Assembly: GCA_965218055.1 (NCBI GenBank)
Contig: CBDCKA010000001.1
Span: 840,953 to 904,952 of the forward strand
Length of the DNA stretch: 64,000 bases
Source: Terriglobia bacterium
Lineage (GTDB): Bacteria; Acidobacteriota; Terriglobia; JAJPHL01; JAPKYU01
Reading direction: 5' to 3'
The notes under the pieces were generated by a model. That model saw only the letters and a list, made by a program, of their open reading frames with translations. It was not told the DNA's origin and made no database searches. A program made the position numbers and the translations under genes. How positions within the stretch are numbered: position 1 is the stretch's first letter; every line of letters starts with the position of its first letter. Positions 58,983 to 64,000 of the stretch are shown piece after piece.

Positions 58983-60029
58983 TCACAAAATGACCCGCTG
59001 CTCTTCTACTGCCTGTTCATCCCAGGCCACTAGCTCGGTCCGGCCGCTGGCTTCCCGGCGGAAGATGGCGCGCACCGACGCTCGCGTGGCTGAGCCGCGG
59101 AGCCGGCCCGTGGCAGTCAGGGTGAACAGGTCCGAGATTCGATAGATTCCAAGGTGGGGCAAAGCCTCTGCGGGAATCGAAATTGGCAACTCGGTCAGGC
59201 TTTGGTAGAGCTTTTCCCGGCGTCCGGCGACGACTGCACGTACCCGCTCCTGGTCCATGCCCGGCACGCTCAGCAACGCCTCGTAGGGAGCGTAGTTCAC
59301 ATCCAGCCTTGTGAAGTTCCCATACACCGTCAGCAGGCGGTTGAACCCGCCCCGCCGAACCAGACGGTCATCCGCGTCGCGCTCCATCCAGCCGTAGAAC
59401 AACTCTGGCGTGACCCCCTTGACCAACAGCAGTTCTTCGACCCGCTGGAAGGGCTGGTGCGCTGCCTGGTAGGGCTGCGCCAGACCGGCGTAAAACTGGT
59501 CAAAGACGCTCCCGGCGCTCGAGGTGGCCGGCGCACGCCAATCGGCAATGGCCCGAGTGATCTCCCGGACGTCCATGTTCCCCACCCCGGCGGCTTGAAA
59601 CAGCGTTTGCAGCCGCTCCACCGGGGCGGTGTTGACGTTTAGCTTGCCCGCTTCGGAGGCCACCCGGACACGCGCCGTCCCGGTAGCGTAGGAAAACTCC
59701 AGATAGGGCCGGCTTGGTTCGTAAAGCAATTTCTGTTCCGCGTCCCGCAAGCCGGGGGTTTGTACCAAGTAGAGCGCCTGTTCCAGAGCCCCGCGCGCCA
59801 GGAAGCGGCCTTGCTCAGCTTCCAGGCGGTAGCGGGTGGCGGCCAGCTCGGTGCGCACCGAAAGAGCCAGCGCCAGTGCTACCAAAGACAGCGCAGCCGT
59901 CAGCCACATGACGAGCAACAAGACGGCGCCTCTGTGGGAATTCGAACTGGTCTGGGAATTCGAGCCCCCATGGGAATTCGAGATGGTCGGGGAATTCGAG
60001 CTCGGACTCCGGCCCACCGACTTTGGCAT
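58983..60029 (-). CDS. gspK: T2SS minor pseudopilin GspK
   Basis: Within ORF 58983..60236. Start MPKSVGRSPSSNSPTISN (ATG at 60029, 2 nt after the gspJ stop). GspK motif GKLNVNTAP. The N-terminal region carries an 18-bp x4 tandem repeat. Confidence 0.75.
   Translation of the reverse strand: MPKSVGRSPSSNSPTISNSHGGSNSQTSSNSHRGAVLLLVMWLTAALSLVALALALSVRTELAATRYRLEAEQGRFLARGALEQALYLVQTPGLRDAEQKLLYEPSRPYLEFSYATGTARVRVASEAGKLNVNTAPVERLQTLFQAAGVGNMDVREITRAIADWRAPATSSAGSVFDQFYAGLAQPYQAAHQPFQRVEELLLVKGVTPELFYGWMERDADDRLVRRGGFNRLLTVYGNFTRLDVNYAPYEALLSVPGMDQERVRAVVAGRREKLYQSLTELPISIPAEALPHLGIYRISDLFTLTATGRLRGSATRASVRAIFRREASGRTELVAWDEQAVEEQRVIL
59936..60007. repeat. 4 tandem copies of an 18-bp unit GGGAATTCGAnnnnnnnn (each with an EcoRI site) inside gspK
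   Basis: gggaattcgaactggtct / gggaattcgagcccccat / gggaattcgagatggtcg / gggaattcgagctcggac. In-frame; encodes a Ser/Asn-rich repeat. Confidence 0.8.
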
Positions 60030-60031
60030 TT

Positions 60032-60754
60032 TCACCGGCTCGCTCCGGCGATGCTCAAGCGCGCGTAGAGAGGCACCGGCTCCAGGCCCCTCCACGTGGC
60101 TTCTTCCGCGCCCACCTGTAGGGCGACTGCCGCGGGCATCTCCCTGCGCTCCAATAACGACCAGGAAGATACCCACCGTGCCAGATCGGGCCGTTCGTGC
60201 CGGTACTGGAACCGGCACTCGCGGAGTCCTTCCCACAGCAGCAGGGCCCGCTCTGTGTCAAAGGGACGCAGCTGCGGTTGGTCCCCTTCCGGAGTGCGCA
60301 GCAGGTCCACCACCACGCCAGCCAGCTGCTCGCTGTCGAGCGCCTGCCGCTCTTCGAGCCACAGCTTCCAGGTCCGGTCACGTTGCCGCTGGGCGAAGTA
60401 GTCGGCCACCACGATGCCTCCCCGTCCGCGCTCCAGCGCCGAATACGAGGTCAGAAAGACCAGGCGGCGCTCCTCGGCAAAGAAGAACGGCATCTGCTGG
60501 CGCCGGTTGGGTGACTCCACCACGATGTTCCGCAGCAGGTGGTTGGAAAGCTGGAAATGCAGGATGTCCTCCACCTGGGTCACCCGGCGCAACTGCAGAA
60601 CCGCCTGCTGCCCCTTCTCCCAGGCCCGCAGGCCTATCCGCAGCGAGGTGAGAGCCGCGACAGCTACCAGGCCGGCGATGGTGGTGGCGGCCATCAACTC
60701 CAGCAGCGTCAGTCCCGCGCTGCGTTGCTTACTGCGCTGGCAGTAGTGGTTCAT
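60032..60754 (-). CDS. gspJ: T2SS minor pseudopilin GspJ
   Basis: 240 aa. Prepilin-type N-terminus MNHYCQRSKQRSAG|LTLLELMAATTIAGL. Confidence 0.75.
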   Translation of the reverse strand: MNHYCQRSKQRSAGLTLLELMAATTIAGLVAVAALTSLRIGLRAWEKGQQAVLQLRRVTQVEDILHFQLSNHLLRNIVVESPNRRQQMPFFFAEERRLVFLTSYSALERGRGGIVVADYFAQRQRDRTWKLWLEERQALDSEQLAGVVVDLLRTPEGDQPQLRPFDTERALLLWEGLRECRFQYRHERPDLARWVSSWSLLERREMPAAVALQVGAEEATWRGLEPVPLYARLSIAGASR

Positions 60755-61202
60755 ATTTACAGGTCTCGAACGTGGCGCGTTGCTCTCCGCTGGCGCCTTT
60801 CCAGAACACCGTCAGGGTCACCAGCACCAGGGGCGTCAGCGCCGCTTGTCGTTCGCCGGCGGCTGCACCGGCAGGATTCCAGCGCCGAATTTCCGCCTCC
60901 CAGCGAAACGTTTCATCCCACCGGCCAGCAACCCGGCCGGGCACTAGCGTCTGCTCTATGAGCAAACGGTTCAATTGCGAGCGACCCACCAGTGTCGCTT
61001 TCTCGTAAGTTTCCGTGCGCGCCAGGTTGCGCAGCGAGCCGGAAAGCCCGCTCATCAACGCAGCCACAGCAATGCCCAACAGCGCCATGGCCACCAACAC
61101 TTCCAGCAGCGTGAACCCATGGGTTGCAGGTTGCCGGAGTTGGAAGGAGGCTCTTCCCCCGCCGCTGCTTCCAACATCCCGAATCGCAAGTCCAACACCC
61201 AT
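60729..61202 (-). CDS. gspI: T2SS minor pseudopilin GspI
   Basis: Within ORF 60729..61214. Start at the second Met (TGATG overlap with the gspH stop). Prepilin motif ...THG|FTLLEVLVAMALLGIA, with an unusually long leader (about 29 aa). Confidence 0.65.
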   Translation of the reverse strand: MGVGLAIRDVGSSGGGRASFQLRQPATHGFTLLEVLVAMALLGIAVAALMSGLSGSLRNLARTETYEKATLVGRSQLNRLLIEQTLVPGRVAGRWDETFRWEAEIRRWNPAGAAAGERQAALTPLVLVTLTVFWKGASGEQRATFETCKYEPLLPAQ

Positions 61203-61681
61203 CAGCGCTCCCACTCCACGCGGGGCAGCGCCGTCAGCACATCGAACTTCACCGTGACGGCACGGCCGCGGGCATTGATCAGCCGCAGTCCCACTCGGGG
61301 CATCCCCCCGTTTGGCGGGAAGATAAAGGTGCGCATACGGCTTGGCTCGACCACGATTTCTGGAGGCAACTGCCAGCTCCGACGGTAGGACGGCTCCCCG
61401 CTGGCTGTGGCCCCTTCCAGGTCCTCCAGCTCGACCCGGCGCCGTTCCGAATCCACCGTCACCTGGCAGACGGTCTGCTGACGCAAGGCCCGCACGCGGG
61501 CGTAGCGGAAGGTGTTCGCCAGCCGGTCGGCGGCCGACTTCAGCCGCAACGTATCCAGACCGGCGGTCATGCTCGGGAACACGATGGCTCCCAGCACGCC
61601 GACGATCGTCAGCACGACCACCATCTCCAGCAGCGTGATGCCGCGACAGCGCCCCCGGCGAAACTGTTGACCGCTGCTCAC
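61202..61681 (-). CDS. gspH: T2SS pseudopilin GspH
   Basis: Within ORF 61202..61831. No in-frame ATG exists before the prepilin motif, so the likely start is GTG at 61681: VSSGQQFRRGRCRG|ITLLEMVVVLTIVGVLGAIVFP. Confidence 0.65.
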   Translation of the reverse strand: MSSGQQFRRGRCRGITLLEMVVVLTIVGVLGAIVFPSMTAGLDTLRLKSAADRLANTFRYARVRALRQQTVCQVTVDSERRRVELEDLEGATASGEPSYRRSWQLPPEIVVEPSRMRTFIFPPNGGMPRVGLRLINARGRAVTVKFDVLTALPRVEWER

Positions 61682-61715
61682 AATCGTCAATGATTCAATC
61701 CTCAATTCCCCACTC

Positions 61716-62213
61716 CTAGTGTTTCCAGCTCGCCACATCGCTGTCTTCGCCCTCTCCGCCTTCTCTCCCGTCAGCACCGTGGGAAAGGATGTCGGGTTCT
61801 TCGCCGTGCTCGCCCGGGTACCGGTAGACATAGGGCTGCCCCCAGGGATCGTCCGGGATATCCTGGGGCAGGTAAGGACCGTCCCAGCGCTCCACTTCCG
61901 CGGGTTTGACCCGGAGAGCTTCGAGTCCCTGCTCGGTGGTGGGAAACCTCCCAGTGTCCAGCTTGTAAATGCCCAGGGCGGTCATGAAGCCGTTCATTTG
62001 TTCCCGAGTTGCGGTCTGCTTGGCAGCGCTGACTTTCTTCCACATGCGCGGCAGCACCAGCGCGCTGAACAGGGCGATGATGGTCACCACCACCAGCAGT
62101 TCAATCAGCGTGACGCCGCGCTCACCGGCCTGGCCGCCGAGGCGCGGAGGCACCTTGGAAAGGTTTCTTGCCGGTACGGTCGCGACTTCACCCTCAGATT
62201 GGTTTTTCTTCAT
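61716..62213 (-). CDS. gspG: T2SS major pseudopilin GspG
   Basis: 165 aa. ...ERG|VTLIELLVVVTIIALFSALVLP prepilin motif and GspG signature DPWGQPYVY. The leader is long (about 32 aa). Confidence 0.85.
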   Translation of the reverse strand: MKKNQSEGEVATVPARNLSKVPPRLGGQAGERGVTLIELLVVVTIIALFSALVLPRMWKKVSAAKQTATREQMNGFMTALGIYKLDTGRFPTTEQGLEALRVKPAEVERWDGPYLPQDIPDDPWGQPYVYRYPGEHGEEPDILSHGADGREGGEGEDSDVASWKH

Positions 62214-62261
62214 GCAATTGCTCCTCTGCGCCTCTGTGTGTCTAGTGTCCCTGTGGCTCTC

Positions 62262-63479
62262 TTACAGCGGGACATCATTGATGCTGACGATGCCCAACAA
62301 CATGGACAGCACCATCCCACCGACCAGCAGCCCCATGACCAGGATCACCAGCGGCTCAAATAGAGCCGTGGCGCGCTTGATCGCAGCCCGGGTGTCTTTG
62401 TCGTAGATATCAGCCATGCGCTGGAACATGGCATCCAGCCTGCCCGTCTCTTCACCGACGGTGAGCAGGTGTCCCGCCAGGGGTGGAAAGGCGCCGGTCT
62501 TCCGCAGCGGCCCGGCTAGACCCTCGCCGCGCTGCACGCCCTTGGCGACCGCCGTCAGCGACTCTTCCATCACAACGTTGCCCAGCAGCCCCTTCACGAT
62601 TTTCAAAGACTGCAGCAGCGGCACGCCGTTGGCCAGCAGCGTGGCCATGGTGCGGGCGAACCGCGCCGTCTCCACTTTGCGGAACACGTCGCCGGCCAGC
62701 GGCAGCTTCAGATTCCACGCGTGCCAGCGCTGCCGGCCGGCGGGAGTACGCACGTAGTAACGGGCGCCAACAATCAGGGCCGCGAGGGCCAGCGCTGCCA
62801 TCCAGCCGTAACGGTGGAGCAGGTCGCTGGCCACCAGCAGCAGGTAGGTGGGCGTGGGCACGGGGACGCCCGATTCGGAAAAGACCTGCGCAAATCTGGG
62901 AATCACGAAGTGCATCATCACAAAGATCGAGCCCACCCCGACCAGCGCCAGCAGCAGCGGGTAGATCATCGCCGAGATCAGGTAGCCGCGCAGCTCGTCG
63001 GAGGAGCTCTCCAACTCCGCCAGCCGCTCCAGCGACACACCGAGAGCCCCAGACGCCTCACCGGCACGGATCATGTTCCGGTACAGATCGGAAAACACCT
63101 GCGGGTGCGCCTCCAGGCTGTCGCCCAGCGACTTGCCCCCCTTCAGCTCCTGCAGGACGTCGGTAATGACGCTGCGGAATGTTTTCCGTTCCGTCAGCTC
63201 TGCGCAAATGGATAGCGCGCGGTCCAGCGGCAGCCCGGAATTGACCAGCGTGGAAAGCTCCTGGGTGAAGAAGAGCCGGTCACGCGAGCGCACGCGCCCC
63301 CGGGCGAGCCAGGGCAGCGGCACCCCCGCCGCGGCGGGCTGCCTGCGGCTGCCGATGTAGACCGGCACCAGCCCCCGCCGTTGCAACTCGCGGGCGATGA
63401 CCTTCTCAGTCGCTCCGAAAAGAGCGCCCTCAGCGGGTTTGCCCGCCATCGTCACCGCGCGATAGAAATACTCAGGCAT
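62262..63479 (-). CDS. gspF: T2SS inner-membrane platform protein GspF
   Basis: 405 aa. Duplicated GspF domains and 3 TM segments. Confidence 0.9.
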   Translation of the reverse strand: MPEYFYRAVTMAGKPAEGALFGATEKVIARELQRRGLVPVYIGSRRQPAAAGVPLPWLARGRVRSRDRLFFTQELSTLVNSGLPLDRALSICAELTERKTFRSVITDVLQELKGGKSLGDSLEAHPQVFSDLYRNMIRAGEASGALGVSLERLAELESSSDELRGYLISAMIYPLLLALVGVGSIFVMMHFVIPRFAQVFSESGVPVPTPTYLLLVASDLLHRYGWMAALALAALIVGARYYVRTPAGRQRWHAWNLKLPLAGDVFRKVETARFARTMATLLANGVPLLQSLKIVKGLLGNVVMEESLTAVAKGVQRGEGLAGPLRKTGAFPPLAGHLLTVGEETGRLDAMFQRMADIYDKDTRAAIKRATALFEPLVILVMGLLVGGMVLSMLLGIVSINDVPL

Positions 63480-63532
63480 CTTTTACACTCGCGCCCGCAT
63501 CCTGCCGGCAAGCGTCCACCGACATGGCGGCG

Positions 63533-64000
63533 CTACACATCCTGGGTCACCCGAACCACTTCCTCCACTGTGGTCACGCCCCGATAGACCTTGTCCCAGC
63601 CGTCCTCCTTCAAGGTGCGCATCCCATTGGTTCGGGCAGCGGTGGTCAGCACCTTGGCGTCGGCGTTCTCGACCACCAGGCGGCGAATCTCGTCATTCAC
63701 ATCCATCAGCTCCAGGATGCCCTGGCGCCCGCGGTAGCCGATGTGGGAACAGCGCTCGCACCCGGCGCCGCGATACACCGGTTGGTCGAGCGCCGCCTGG
63801 CGCTCATCTACCACCCGGCAGTGCGGGCAGATCACGCGCACCAGTCGCTGGGCCAGCACCGCCAGCAGCGAGGAGGCGATCAGGTAGTTCTCCACGCCCA
63901 TGTCGGTTAGCCGGGTAACGGCGCTGGGCGCGTCATTGGTGTGCAGGGTGGAGAAGACCAGGTGGCCGGTCAGGGCGGCGCGGATGGCAATCTCGGCCGT
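63533..64000 (-). CDS. gspE: T2SS ATPase GspE, C-terminal part (gene continues beyond window end)
   Basis: ORF 63533..63901 and upstream same-frame sequence give ...[12 protein letters not shown]...CPHCRVV...[20 protein letters not shown] (His box and tetracysteine). Confidence 0.9.
   Translation of the reverse strand, partial: TAEIAIRAALTGHLVFSTLHTNDAPSAVTRLTDMGVENYLIASSLLAVLAQRLVRVICPHCRVVDERQAALDQPVYRGAGCERCSHIGYRGRQGILELMDVNDEIRRLVVENADAKVLTTAARTNGMRTLKEDGWDKVYRGVTTVEEVVRVTQDV

Overview
High-GC bacterial chromosomal window. The 'Solibacter-type' C-terminal domains, futalosine-pathway genes and overall gene content suggest an acidobacterium; that is inference, not something the sequence proves. 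About 0-40 kb is densely packed with intact housekeeping genes: aldehyde dehydrogenase plus class-III aminotransferase, proS, PBP1A, a secreted ankyrin-repeat protein, a Ser/Thr kinase, dnaB, alr, ispD/ispF, mqnA-like plus radical-SAM mqnC/E, a lysine/DAP cluster (asd, lysC, dapB, dapA, dapD and an M20 peptidase), aguB/aguA polyamine genes, hemD/hemY, and a nitrogen module in which amtB is flanked by two near-identical PII genes, each paired with a paralogous predicted outer-membrane beta-barrel. About 40.8-46 kb is a degraded tract: a GspE/PilB-like ATPase fused to a double zinc ribbon and a receiver domain, plus PAS-histidine kinase, CheY-like and hybrid-kinase genes, all carrying frameshifts, an in-frame stop and a head-on deletion junction. 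About 46.5-51.2 kb carries two paralogous acidic Thr/Asp-rich secreted proteins of a family I do not recognise. They have lower GC and are followed by strong terminators and a cluster of REP-like hairpin repeats. Next come an Avd/23S-IVS-type four-helix-bundle gene and an IS1380-family transposase. From 53.6 kb to the window end, the minus strand carries a complete type II secretion system (gspD down to gspE, partial at the edge) with tandem-repeat-containing gspK/gspL. No rRNA, tRNA or CRISPR array was recognised.
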